Shown piece by piece: positions 11,839 through 25,426 of a stretch of 64,000 nucleotides of DNA. The notes beneath the pieces were generated by a model, which did not search any database, was not told the origin of the DNA, and saw only the letters and a list, made by a program, of their open reading frames with translations. Each line of letters begins with the position of its first letter. Positions within the stretch are counted from its first letter, which is position 1. The translations under genes were made by a program, and so were the position numbers. Origin of the DNA: Eledone cirrhosa (lineage: Eukaryota); contig OZ024756.1 of assembly GCA_964016885.1 (NCBI GenBank), forward strand, positions 41,540,001 to 41,604,000. The letters run 5' to 3'.

Positions 11839-14069
11839 CAGATCGAGTCGGAAGTTATGTTGAAATAAGCAGGGCGCCAATCTCTCTCTAAGTCGAATAC
11901 AGTCGATTTCTTCCAGAGAATGTGAGAATCGAACCCAGTACTGAACAGGTATTTTATCAACCTAAAAAGGACGAAAGGGGAAGACGACCTCGGGGTTTGA
12001 ACTCAGAGCAGAGAAAGCCAGGACAAATACCGAGGCATTTCTAATCGGACGCCCTACTAATTTACCTTTACCTATATACATATCATAAGGCGGAAAATTG
12101 GCAAAGTCGTTAGAACGTCCGATAGAATGCTTTGGATGTATTTAGTCCAGCTCTCTACTCTCTGAGCCCAAATACTGCCAATGTAGTAGCGGTAGTAGTA
12201 GTGGTTGTAGTAGTGGTAGTAGTAGTGGTTGTAGTAGTGGTTGTAGTAGTGGTGGTAGAAGTAGTGGTAGTAGTAGTCAAAAAAATTTACGATTCTATAA
12301 ATATCGCTGCTCCGTCCATATGAAAGATGTCACCTTCTGCCTGTGTAACAAGATAGTAGCTGTGGTATATATTTACAGTCTTACTGTCATACAATATACT
12401 TTTTTATCGTCTTACTGAAACCAACACCATTTCTTCCTCATACTCTACTACGATTGGTTGGTTTATATATCTTTTGACAATATTGGTTTCTGATTTAGGC
12501 ACAAGGTCAACAATTTGGTGGGAGTGGAGAAAGTTGATTAAATCGACCCCCAGTGCATCACCGGTACTTTATTTTATCGACCTCAGCAGGATTTGAACTC
12601 AACTAATGTAGTTGATGTTTGTGATGCTGGTGGTATTGCTGTCATTGTTGCTGTTGTTGTCATTGCTGTTCTTAGTGTGTGTGTGTGAGGGGGGGGGGGG
12701 GGTAGAACGAGAGAGAGAGAGCGAGAGGAAGGGAGAGAGAGAGAAAGAATGGGGAAGGGAGATCGAGAGAGAGGGAGAGAGAGAGAGAAAGAATGTGGAA
12801 GGGAGATCGAGAGAGAGAGCGCAAGCGAGATCGAGAGAGAGAGGGAGAGAGAGAGAGGGAGAGAGAGAGAGGGAGAGAGAGAGAGGGAGAGAGAGAGCTG
12901 GAGCTGGATTTAGGCCGAGCCAGAAGAAACAGCTTACGGCTGGTTAAGAAAGGATTTAGTTAAAGGCCAAAGAGATTTAACTGACATGTTTGATGTATTG
13001 TCTCGTGCCAACAGATTTAGCAAGGTATGTATTGGAAGTGGGGCGGTGGGGTGGATGGGGGGTGTTGGGGAGGGGTATGGTGCGGGATGGTAATGATGAT
13101 GGTCATGATGTTGATGATGTTGTTGATGATGATGTTGTTGATGATGGTGTTGATGATGATGGTGTTGATGATGATGGTGTTGATGATGATGGTGTTGATG
13201 ATGATGGCGTTGAGGGTGATAAGGTCGATAAAAAAAGTACCAGTCAAGTACTGGGCCGATTTTTCTTCTATATCTCTTTCTCATTTCGTCTCTCTCTCTC
13301 TCTTTCAACCCTTCTCAGACCTGGAGAGAGACGGGCTCTAGCAGGTTTTAAATGCCCAACAGACGCCGTATGTCACTACAGCGCCCCCACGATTCCATCA
13401 GCAGTTACAGGACCACGGCACACCGCGCCGCACGACACCACACCGCACTACACCATTATCGTCTTGTAGCCAGTACAATCACTGTTGACTGTATCAAATG
13501 TTATTTATACTTGTGTTCGTATCTGTGTAATGTTGGGCGTTTCTATCTGGACTTCGACAAGAGATACATTGTTAAAACATTAAATAATGGACTACAACGA
13601 AGAGGAATTTAATATCAACAGATACGTTGATTGAGATGTTCACCTAATCAGCAGGACTACTGAACTGTACTGTAATGGTTTAAAGTGCTGTGTTTCAATC
13701 TTCCCACGCCTATATCGATCTTCAATCGAAAAAGCATTGATATACATATCATTTCTAGATCCCTGGAAAATCGATACTACAATATCTAATATATATATAT
13801 CTATATATATTAGTTGGTCATTTTTCAAAATCCAAAACATCTTTCAATAGTTACTGTTATTCATAAGACCACCTGAAACTGCCCCGGTTCTATAATCTGT
13901 ACTGAATGCAGAGCCAGAGCAAATATCGAAGGTTATCGAAACCTAGGCTCTCACACCTCTATCCTTAATTCCTTGCCTAGCAGCTACTATACTTTAAATC
14001 CTCAATATGTTGGGCTCTTCTGCCTATGCTGGAGAACCTTATTACACATATTATTATTACACGAGAAAT

Positions 14070-14295
14070 GGGGCAGTGGATTGACAGAATCGGTAGAGCG
14101 CCGGACAACATGCTTTGCAGCATAGAGTTATGGCCCTTTGCGTTCTGATTTCAAATCCCACCGAGGTTAGCTTTGCCTTTTATCCTTACAGGCTCGATAA
14201 AATAAAGTACCGGTAACGCACTGGGGTCGATTTAATCGACTTTCCCCTTGCCCCAAAAATTGTTGGCCTTGTGCCTAAATCAGAACCCATTATTA
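14070..14295 (+). mobile_element. SINE family A, longer variant, followed by a degenerate copy at about 14305-14470
   Basis: Same head and body, with an extra CTGGGGTCGATTTAATCGACTTTCCCC segment before the tail. Confidence 0.8.
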
Positions 14296-14474
14296 CCCAA
14301 GAAAGGTGGATTGACAGAATCGGTAGAGTATCGGATAAAATTCTTTGCAGCATGCAGTTACGACTTTCTACGTTCTGGGTTCAAACCTCAGCGAAGTTCT
14401 CTTTAAATTTTACCCTTCTGAGGTCGATAAAGTCAATCACTGGGGTCAATATAATCGACTTTACCTACCCAGTA

Positions 14475-14675
14475 AAGGCAGGTGGCTGAGTGGTTAGAGA
14501 ACTGGATTCACAATCGTGAGGCTATCAGTTCGATTCCTGGACCGGGCGATGCGTTATGTCCTTGAGCAAGACACTTTACTTCACGTTGCTCCTTTTACCT
14601 GGAGTTGCGACCGATAGATAGTATTAGCAACTGGAAAGACCGACGGAAACATTGTTTCCTCGGTCTGATTTGATG
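14475..14675 (+). mobile_element. SINE family B variant
   Basis: TGGCTGAGTGG A-box, GTTCGATTCC B-box, GTCCTTGAGCAAGACACTT; 3' part as at 39661-39860. Confidence 0.75.
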
Positions 14676-14946
14676 AAAGTCGATCGATCCTTTACCTTTC
14701 CACAACATTGATTGCCTTGTGCCAATATTAGAAATAATAATTATTATTCAAGACATGTATAAATAAAGACAACACGGCGCCATAATGACGGCTCTACTGA
14801 TCTTTAGAAGAAAAATTAAGTAAAAATATATTCAACTTATCTATGAACACAAAACCTATTCTTGGTTATCTTCGGCGGTCTGGTGTTTGTTTTATCGGAA
14901 GACGTTTACCTCTAGAATATCTCAGTAATTGTTATATATCTATCTA

Positions 14947-15030
<84 letters not shown>

Positions 15031-15135
15031 GCCAAACGCTGCTATTAAGGTTGTTCTTTGCTATTTATCGTGATAATTTCTTTATTATAAAGAACAGAAT
15101 CACATCAAAATCTTTAGAAAATAACCTTAGCTTTC

Positions 15136-15208
<73 letters not shown>

Positions 15209-15313
15209 ACACACATTTTTTTTTCTAAACGGTATCTTCTGAGTTTCAGATCCCGATTAGGGTGAAAGCAGAAATTCTTTGTGCTTAAACTTTAATCTGT
15301 ACTATTACAACTT

Positions 15314-15356
<43 letters not shown>

Positions 15357-15746
15357 GTTGTCTACTTCCATCCAATTCATCTCTCAGACATATATATCTC
15401 CGTCCTTTATCTTCCAACATATGTATGTATATGTTATGATACCTTAACATAGTATATATATATATATATATACTATGTTAAGGTATCATAACATATACAT
15501 ACATATGTTATATATATATATATATATACTATGTTAAGGTATCATAACATATACATACATATGTTGGAAGATAAAGGACGGAGACACACCCACATATATA
15601 TATACACACATACATACACACATACACACACACATACACACACACATCTGTCCTTTATCTTCTCCCATATCGTTTCTATCACCCATTAACTACTTACCTA
15701 AAGAATCTCTTACCAAATCATTTCTCACAAATTTTCTCTCTCTCTC

Positions 15747-15821
<75 letters not shown>

Positions 15822-15824
<3 letters not shown>

Positions 15825-16011
15825 CGGTGGATTGACAGTATTGGTAGAGTGTCGGATGCCATGGTTTGGCGCATAGAGTTACGGCCCTTGCCATTCTGAG
15901 TTCAAATCCCGCCGAGGTTAACTTTGCCTTCCATCCTTACGGGGTCGATAAAATAAAGTACCAGTAATACACTGGGTAATTGCTGGCCTTGTGCCTAACG
16001 TAGAAACAATT
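15822..16011 (+). mobile_element. Full-length SINE family A within a (TA)n tract
   Basis: High similarity to 8717-8904; (TA)n on both sides. Confidence 0.87.
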
Positions 16012-16160
16012 ATATATATATATATATAATATGTATATATATGTGTGTGTGTTTGTGTGTGTTTGTGTGAGTGAGTGTGGGTGTGTGTTTGTGTGAGTTT
16101 GTGTGTGTGTGTATGTATCTGTGTGTATGTATCTGTGTGTGTATGTATCTGTTTGTTATA

Positions 16161-17056
16161 CTCTGTCTGTCTGTCTATCACTATATCTGTTAAGTCTGTC
16201 AGTTTGTCTATCACTATATCTGTTAAGTCTGTCAGTCTGTCTATCACTATATCTGTTAAGTCTGTCTGTCTGTCTATCACTATATCTGTTAAGTCTGTCT
16301 GTCTGTCTATCACTATATCTGTTAAGTCTGTCAGTCTGTCTATCACTATATCTGTTAAGTCTGTCTGTCTGTCTATCACTATATCTGTTAAGTCTGTCAG
16401 TCTGTCTATCACTATATCTGTTAAGTCTGTCTGTCTGTCTATCACTATATCTGTTAAGTCTGTCTGTCTGTCTATCACTATATTTGTTAAGTCTGTCTGT
16501 CTATCACTATATCTGTTAAGTCTGTCTGTCTGTCTATCACTATATCTGTTAAGTCTGTCTGTCTGTCTATCACTATATCTGTTAAGTCTGTCTGTCTGTC
16601 TATCACTATATCTGTTAAGTCTGTCTGTCTGTCTATCACTATATCTGTTAAGTCTGTCTGTCTGTCTATCACTATATCTGTTAAGTCTGTCTGTCTGTCT
16701 ATCACTATATCTGTTAAGTCTGTCAGTCTGTCTATCACTATATCTGTTAAGTCTGTCAGTCTGTCTATCACTATATCTGTTAAGTCTGTCAGTCTGTCTA
16801 TCACTATATCTGTTAAGTCTGTCTGTCTATCACTATATCTGTTAAGTCTGTCAGTCTGTCTATCACTATATCTGTTAAGTCTGTCAGTCTGTCTATCACT
16901 ATATCTGTTAAGTCTGTCTGTCTGTCTATCACTATATCTGTTAAGTCTGTCTGTCTGTCTATCACTATATCTGTTAAGTCTGTCAGTCTGTCTATCACTA
17001 TATCTGTTAAGTCTGTCAGTCTGTCTATCACTATATCTGTTAAGTCTGTCTGTCTC
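16161..17056. repeat. 33-bp minisatellite, about 27 copies
   Basis: CTATCACTATATCTGTTAAGTCTGTC(T/A)GTCTGT. Confidence 0.96.
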
Positions 17057-17189
17057 TATTTTATTTATTTTCTTCAGATCTTCAAAAAATCTATTTTTGT
17101 CCCCAACAAAACAAAACTTTGTTTAGTTTTTGAAGAAAAAAACAACAAAAAAGAAACCGAAAAGAAGCTTCTTTTGTGTATATTTTATT

Positions 17190-18630
17190 GCTGTTGTTGT
17201 TGTTGTTGCTAGTGTTGTTGTTATTGTTGTTAGTGTTGTTATTGTTGCTAGTGTTGTTGTTATTGTTGTTAGTGTTGTTATTGTTGCTAGTGTTGTTATT
17301 GTTGCTGTTGTTGTTGTTGCTGTTGTTGTTATTGTTGCTGTTGTTGTTGTTATTGTTGCTAGTGTTGTTGTTATTGTTGCTAGTGTTGTTATTGTTGCTG
17401 TTGTTGTTGTTATTGTTAGTGTTGTTATTGTTGTTAGTGTTGTTATTGTTGCTGTTGTTGTTATTGTTGCTGTTGTTGTTATTGTTGCTGTTGTTGTTGT
17501 TATTGTTGCTAGTGTTGTTGTTATTGTTGCTAGTGTTGTTATTGTTGCTGTTGTTGTTGTTATTGTTGCTAGTGTTGTTGTTATTGTTGCTGTTGTTATT
17601 GTTGCTAGTGTTGTTGTTGTTGGTAGTGTTGTTGTTATTGTTGCTAGTGTTGTTATTGTTGCTGTTGTTGTTATTGTTGCTGTTGTTGTTATTGTTGCTG
17701 TTGTTGTTGTTATTGTTGCTAGTGTTGTTGTTATTGTTGCTAGTGTTGTTATTGTTGCTGTTGTTGTTGTTATTGTTGCTAGTGTTGTTGTTATTGTTGC
17801 TGTTGTTATTGTTGCTAGTGTTGTTGTTGTTGGTAGTGTTGTTGTTATTGTTGCTAGTGTTGTTGTTGCTAGTGTTGTTGTTATTGTTGCTAGTGTTGTT
17901 GTTGTTGCTAGTGTTGTTATTGTTGCTAGTGTTGTTGTTGCTAGTGTTGTTATTGTTGCTAGTGTTGTTGTTGTTAGTGTTGTTATTGTTGCTAGTGTTA
18001 TTGTTGCTAGTGTTGTTGTTATTGTTGCTAGTGTTATTGTTGCTAGTGTTGTTGTTGCTAGTGTTGTTGTTATTGTTGCTAGTGTTGTTGTTATTGTTGC
18101 TAGTGTTGTTGTTATTGTTGCTAGTGTTGTTGTTATTGTTGCTAGTGTTGTTGTTATTGTTGCTAGTGTTGTTGTTATTGTTGCTAGTGTTGTTGTTATT
18201 GTTGCTAGTGTTGTTGTTATTGTTGCTAGTGTTGTTGTTATTGTTGCTAGTGTTGTTGTTATTGTTGCTAGTGTTGTTGTTGCTAGTGTTGTTGTTGCTG
18301 CTAGTGTTTTTATTGTTGATGCTGCTAGTGGTGTTGTTGTTGTTGTTGCTGCATTTCTCGTCATGTTTTATTTAAACGCAGTTTCATTGTACATGTTTGA
18401 TTTTGTAATCTTTGTTGTTGTTGTTGTTGTTGCTGTTTTTACAAACGTGATGTTTATTGTTCTGTCATTGTTCATTGTTTCAGGCTTTGGCGGTGGCGGT
18501 GGCAGCGGTGGTGTTGGTGGTTGGTGGTGGTGTTGGCGGTGGTGTTGGCGGCGGTGGTGTTGGTTGTGGTGTTGGTGTTGGTTGTGGTGTTGGTGGTGGT
18601 GTTGGTGGTGTTGTTGATGATGATGATGAT
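17190..18630. repeat. (GTT)n-derived compound tract, then (GGT)n
   Basis: GTT/ATT/GCT/AGT triplet mosaic. Confidence 0.95.
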
Positions 18631-19402
18631 GTAAACATATAATTCCCAATAAATCTAAATTAACCTCTTAATTGAGGAAGAAAACTAAATCTTTGTGACA
18701 ATTATTACTGTTGTTAATGTCTTGAAATTTTAGATAGAAAATCAGGTTTTACCGTGGGGCGCAGTCCAGCACTACCCCGCCCTAGGCCCAGAGTCAATCA
18801 CCCTCACCTCCTTCCTTATGTGGCCCAAGAGACAGACAGACACCATACACACACACACACACACACATATATACATATATATATATACACACACACACAC
18901 ATATATATATACATATATATATATACACACACACACATATATATATATACATATATATACACATATACACACATATATATGTAAGTTCATACATACATAA
19001 ATACACACACACACATTTTTGAAATTTATTTTTATATTTACTTATTTCTTAAAATTTTTATAGTTATAATTTTAACTTTAGATCTGAACTGTTGAGTAAA
19101 ATATTTCAGTAATGGAGGGGGTGTGGTGGGTGGTGTGGTCTTATTTAGTACATTGTCTTAACTGTGAATTCCTCAGGCAGGACTCGATGAACCCTTCTAA
19201 AAGAAGTCATTTCAAAGGACTGACTGAAGTAAAGTTGAATTATTAAAGGTTTAAGACTTTTAAACAAAGCCAAAATACCAATGTCTTACCTCTCCACCTA
19301 TTGTTTGTTTGACTCTGAAATAACTTTCTTGTCCTGAAGCCACTCCCCACCCCACCCAGCACCCCTTAACATTCTGTAACAAAAATAAATCATAAGCCAA
19401 TC

Positions 19403-19576
19403 TACGAGGGGTCAGTTGAAAAGTTCAAAGATTAACCATGGAATGACCAACATAGTCCCGAGAAAGAAACAATGCAGTTATTAATAAGAAGAGTTGAAAT
19501 TAACGCATGCAAGATTTCACTGCTCTAGCATCACTCCTTCATAGTCAACGAACGAACTTTTCAGCCCACTCTCGTA
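19403..19576. mobile_element. Mariner-type MITE
   Basis: Imperfect TIRs TACGAGGGGTCAGTTGAAAAGTTC (19403-19426) and GAACTTTTCAGCCCACTCTCGTA (19554-19576), TA at both ends, no ORF. Confidence 0.72.
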
Positions 19577-20788
19577 CACATACTCTCCATAAAGGTTCGG
19601 CTGTTAATCTGCTGGTGCAGTTTTACCCAGCCTGTTTAACCCTAATAAATCACTCTCATTCACTTGACAGAAGGTTCTTGTCCTTTTCCCTTCTTACAGA
19701 CATTTTCGATGCAAAAAAAAAAAAAAAAAAAAAAAAAACAGAGAGAGAGAGGAACTCATCCCCACTTCTGTGGCTTGTAAATTCTTTATCGCCCCCGAAA
19801 TTATGAAAGACAAAGAAGATGTCACTAAGATTTGATCTCAGAGACTTAAGAGCTGGAACTATTCCGACACCCTCCTTCCTTTCTCTACTAATGTCTCTAT
19901 CAATTCGCCTCTTTTTAAACTATAGAATTCCAACACACAAATAAGTTTTATATAAACAAAGAAATAATGACAGAAGCCGTATTAATTCTTAAACAAAGAG
20001 GAAGCCATATTGATTCTTAAACAAAGAAGAGGCCATAATTTATTCATAACCGAGTTGTACTTGTTTATCAAGTAACCCGATCTGAAAACGTCTGTTAAAA
20101 CTAAAACAATTACTTTGTGAAAGAGTCAGGATAGCCATTTAAAATACAGATTTATTTTTAATTATACCCTTATAGTAATTTGTTTTATTTTATGATTGTA
20201 AAATATGAAATGTCAAATATTGCCAAAATTAATGTAAAATAATTGCACCAAAATGTGAAAAATTGCTCCAAAATGTCAGTGTATATCTATAATCTGGAGT
20301 CTAAGTTTATCATATATAATGCTTATTAGAAAATAAAAACAGCTTCCTTCTTAGATGTTGGTACTTTATGTGTGTGTGGTAAATAATTACCATCCTTATG
20401 ATATATATATTATAAGGATGGTAATTATTTACCACACACATTTATTTATTATATATATATATTATAAATAAGTGTGTGTGTGTGTGTGTGTGTGTGTTTA
20501 AGTATTATGTATCAGCCGCTATAAATAGTCCTGAAGTTCCGTTTATGATTAATAATAATAAAAACAATAATAATAATAAGGACAGTTTATAGTGTGACAT
20601 GTGACAGGAGTAGTCTTAATTTATGTAAATGGTACTCACTAATTCCCTTCTAACCATTATATTCACCATTCTTATGATATTGCCATTAATAACCATAAAT
20701 CTACGTCTTTTATAACAGGAGAGGCAGAAAAGTTGTCATGGGAACTAGTCAACGAGAAATTGCTCAAAATAAACACACACTCACACAC

Positions 20789-20827
<39 letters not shown>

Positions 20828-20956
20828 CACACACACACACACATACATATATAGACACATACACACACATATATAGACACACACACACACACACACATAT
20901 ATAGACACACACACATACATACATATAGACACACACACACATATATATATATATAT

Positions 20957-21095
<139 letters not shown>

Positions 21096-21649
21096 TTGTG
21101 TGTGTGTGTATTATATATGCGCAATAAATGTGGGCTGCTGCAGTAATTGAAACGGCGTCAGTGTTACGAATTGATGACACATTTTACGACAGTTGGAGGT
21201 ACTTAACTTCCAACATCCCATGATGGTGACTAACAACGTCCAAAGAAGGTAAGAGGTTAATCCGGTCACTTGAGACAATCCTCCGATGAAACTGGACATA
21301 AAGTCTCCAACATCTTCAATACTTAGAAAATCACACAATTTGTTGCCAGCTGAGATAAAGATTAATTTTGATGTTTTCACCTCTCCTATGACAGAGGAGA
21401 AATTGTGGTATTGTTATTGCTGGTATTAAGACAATTCTGTTAATTGGTCGTAAACCTATTGAATACAATATAGTAAATACCTACGTATATATATATATAT
21501 ATATATAATAATAAATTTGAAGACTAATCTGTTATTTTAATATATATATATATATGTGTGTGTAAAAGGTAAACAGAAATAACAACACAATCGGTACAGT
21601 ACATGGAAGAGACATATTAGACTAACGCTTCATATAGCAGGAAGAGGGT

Positions 21650-21695
<46 letters not shown>

Positions 21696-21703
<8 letters not shown>

Positions 21704-21801
21704 GTCCCAGAAAATGTATACATACTTCAACAGCATTGTAATAAATATTGACTGTGCAGATAATCAAAGTATGTATACCATTTTTGGTGAGACACCCTGT
21801 A
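21696..21801. mobile_element. Tc1/mariner-type MITE in a (TA)n tract
   Basis: TIR-like TATAAGGTGTCCCAGAAAATGTATACATACTT and AAGTATGTATACC...GAGACACCCTGTA; second partial copy, inverted, at about 32150-32215. Confidence 0.7.
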
Positions 21802-23004
21802 TATATATGTATGTATGTGTGTATATATATATATATGTCAGGTCACCAGTTGGTGCTACTGGTAACATGTATCCCAGTACAAACTGTCTGGCAACCCATC
21901 AAGGTTTCTTGGTGAGGAGGGTGACTTTGGACATCCTGCAGGACTAAAAACAAAACCTGTCAAAGGGCAAAGGAGCTCTTAAGAGTCAATAGCCATCCAA
22001 AAATCACCGGGAGAGATGACCCCTTAGCCTTTGTCAAGGCAGAATTCTAGGAGAAGGAAAACTCTGATATAACACCTGCAACCCTGATGGTATCCAATGA
22101 TGTTGACTTGTTCTTCTTTTTGGTAAATATCATCTTGGTTAAGAGAGTGGGACTGGCTTTGTGCAGTGCCTTTGCTCACTATAAAAGCTTCACGGCACAG
22201 GCATTGCTTTATATCTGGAGATCTCTCTGCACTTGTCGTCACATGGTACCATGGGCCCAGCACTATGTGTCAATAATTGTCACAAGTGTAGTGTTTATAC
22301 CAGAGTTTCCAAGTCGCTGGCTGGACTAAAAAGTCACACTCGTTCAGCGCATCGGTAGGGGTTCTCCTACATGGATATAAAGTAGTGGCCGTACTCGAAG
22401 ACGAGTTGGCAGCCACCATGTATATATATATAACGCTTTCCTTGAGAGGTGGTAGTGGTACTAAATACTAAACACTATAACAACTATTTTAAGTGGGGAA
22501 ACAGTTCTTTGTTGCTAAGAATGATATAATCCTTGTTTTAAGTTATCCCCCACCCCAACCACAACCACCGACACCTCCACCACTTCAATATAAACATACT
22601 TTTGTCAATAATCTTTATATAGATATATTTTTTCTATTTTATTGTTTATTTTGTTCTAATTTCCTCCATATTTAACTTTGCCAATTTCTTTCGTCACAGA
22701 TTCTTATCAAATAAACCAGGTAGGGTGCATGAAACCGTTACTGGGTAAACAAGAGATCTTCTTGTGTCAGTGAAATAAGTCAGGCGAAAACAACAGTGAT
22801 TTTCAGTAAAACGGGAACCTTTCACACTTTCTATAAATAATTAGTTCGTTGTATTATCATTTCCGGTGTAATTGTCGCTAATAGAAAATAAATCTGAATG
22901 AGATTTATTCATAACACTGATTCCTGATGTAAATACAAGGCCTGTGTCGTCTTTAAGGTATTAGGATACACTGGGTAGTTTACCCTAGGACTCCAAACTG
23001 CAAA

Positions 23005-23819
23005 GGTTACCATAGCTGGCCTGGACACCTTCCAGTCTTCCATAAACGAGACCAGCTAACCAAAGGTACCATAGCTGGCCTGGACACCTGCCAGTCTTCC
23101 ATAAATGAGACCAGCTAACCAAAGGTAACTTAGCTGGCCTGGACACCTTCCAGACTGCCATAAATGAGACCAGTCAAAGGCACCTTAGCTGGCCTGGACA
23201 CCTGCCAGTCTTCCATAAATGAGACCAGCTAACCAAAGGTACCTTAGCTGGCCTGGACACCTGCCAGTCTTCCATAAACGAGACCAGTCAAAGGCACCTT
23301 AGCTGGCCTGGACACCTTCCAGTCTTCCATAAATGAGACTAGTCAACCAAAGGTACCTTAGCTGGCCTGGACACCTGCCAGTCTTCCATAAATGAGACCA
23401 GTCAACCAAAGGTACCTTAGCTGGCCTGGACACCTGCCAGTCTTCCATAAACGAGACCAGTCAAAGGCACCTTAGCTGGCCTGGACACCTTCCAGTCTTC
23501 CATAAATGAGACCAGTCAACCAAAGGTACCTTAGCTGGCCTGGACACCTTCCAGTCTTCCATAAATGAGACCAGTCAACCAAAGGTACCTTAGCTGGCCT
23601 GGACACCTGCCAGTCTTCCATAAATGAGACCAGTCAACCAAAGGTACCTTAGCTGGCCTGGACACCTTCCAGTCTGCCATAAATGAGACCAGTCAACCAA
23701 AGGTACCTTAGCTGGCCTGGACACCTTCCAGTCTGCCATAAATGAGACCAGTCAACCAAAGGTACCTTAGCTGGCCTGGACACCTTCCAGACTGCCATAA
23801 ACGAGACCAGTCAACCAAA
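23005..23819. repeat. 55-59-bp minisatellite, about 14 copies
   Basis: CTTAGCTGGCCTGGACACCTTCCAGTCTTCCATAAATGAGACCAGTCAACCAAAGGTAC. Confidence 0.96.
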
Positions 23820-24287
23820 ACGTTGCACTGGAGGTAAAAGAAAAAGACATTAAATAATGTAGCGTCATAATATTGTAAGATATACGACAGGTAAACAAAG
23901 AATGGAAGGATCTACCTGCTTTGGTTGGGGAGAGGACAGGCTTGATTGTCCTCACTGCCTCATATGTGTCAAGACATGAGAGATTCTAAATCTAGGTAAA
24001 CAAATACTCTCAGGTCTTGAATCATTTTTCAGATTTTTCCCCACCCACCCAGGTTTTACCCGCTTATTAAATCTTACTAATCTATCTCTGGCAAAATATT
24101 ATTGTAAGTGATTCATATCGATACAGCAGCTGGAGAATCTAACAATAAATATTATTTTGCATTAAAAAAAACCCATTATATATGACAAAAAAAAAGAACA
24201 TTACAAGAAATCCCATATTTACGAACGTACACTATACAATTACTGATTTTCCAATCGCCTCGCTTAGCAAATGTCCAACCCCCTATT

Positions 24288-24471
24288 ATTGGCAGTACCA
24301 GTAGAGGGTCGGGCGCCATGCTTTGACGCATAGAGTTACGGCCCTTGTCATTCTGAGTTCAAATCCCGCCGAGGTTAACTTTGCCTTTCATCCTTACAGG
24401 GTCGATAAAATAAAGTACCAGTAATACACTGGGATAATTGCTGGCCTTGTGCCAATAGTAGAAACAATTAT
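24288..24471 (+). mobile_element. SINE family A
   Basis: Head, B-box GAGTTCAAATCCC and tail match family A. Confidence 0.85.
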
Positions 24472-24949
24472 TTGGGACCCGAGAGTATGTGATTTGGGAG
24501 GCGGGTGGATTTGGCTGGTATTTCTAGCAGATCGTGTGTCCACATACCATACAGACCCCCACCCCACCTCGCTGACTTGCAGAAATCTGTCGACTGCATT
24601 GGCTCAAGGTCATACTAGATTTGCAAGGAATTTTATCTTAGTTTGAGTGGAAATTGCAATGTTATCTACACCAAACAAATAGTGGTTACACGACGTCATA
24701 TCTATTTCTAGTTGATAGTAAAGTTTAGTTTTTTACAGTGGCAGCTTGTCAGTGTAAACATTAACTTCTACACATATATACACACAGACCGATATATATA
24801 TATATATATACATACACACACAAAGACATTATACATATAAACAGGCACACACATATACATACATTATACATGCATACAGACAGACACAGATAGACATATG
24901 CAAACATACATGCATGCATATATCCATACATATATAGAGATATATACAT

Positions 24950-24983
<34 letters not shown>

Positions 24984-25261
24984 ACATACGCACATATATA
25001 CTGGCATACATACATACATACATACATACACACATACATACATACATACATACATACATACATACATACATACATACATACATACATACATACATACATA
25101 CATACATACATACATACATACATACAACTCTTAATGGAGTATTACTGGAAAAACTAAAACCAAAGACTGGCACCAAATTAAAACAGAACCGGCCTGATAT
25201 AGTTTGGGACCACACATTAAATACATCCTTACTCTCATATAATATGGTAGAAGGTTCCAGT

Positions 25262-25426
25262 GAAGGCGCATGGCTTAGTGGTTAGAGCATTGGGCTTGCA
25301 ATAGAAAGGTTGTGAGTTCAATTCTCGGACCGATGTGTTGTTTCCTTGAGCAAGACACTTTATTTCACGTTGCTCCAGTTTACTCAGCTGTAGAAATGAG
25401 ATGATAGGACTGGGGTCCCTATCATT
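25262..25426 (+). mobile_element. tRNA-derived SINE family B (CORE-SINE-like)
   Basis: A-box TGGCTTAGTGG, B-box GAGTTCAATTC, CORE-like TTTCCTTGAGCAAGACACTT; 3' hairpin shared with 50826-50995. Confidence 0.82.

Noticed and set aside
17123-18617. 400-500-aa poly-Thr/Val/Leu ORFs (mucin-like)
   Set aside because: A (GTT)n mosaic open in several frames on both strands.
25262-25335. tRNA gene
   Set aside because: A/B boxes belong to a SINE head; no cloverleaf, and it continues into CORE-like sequence.
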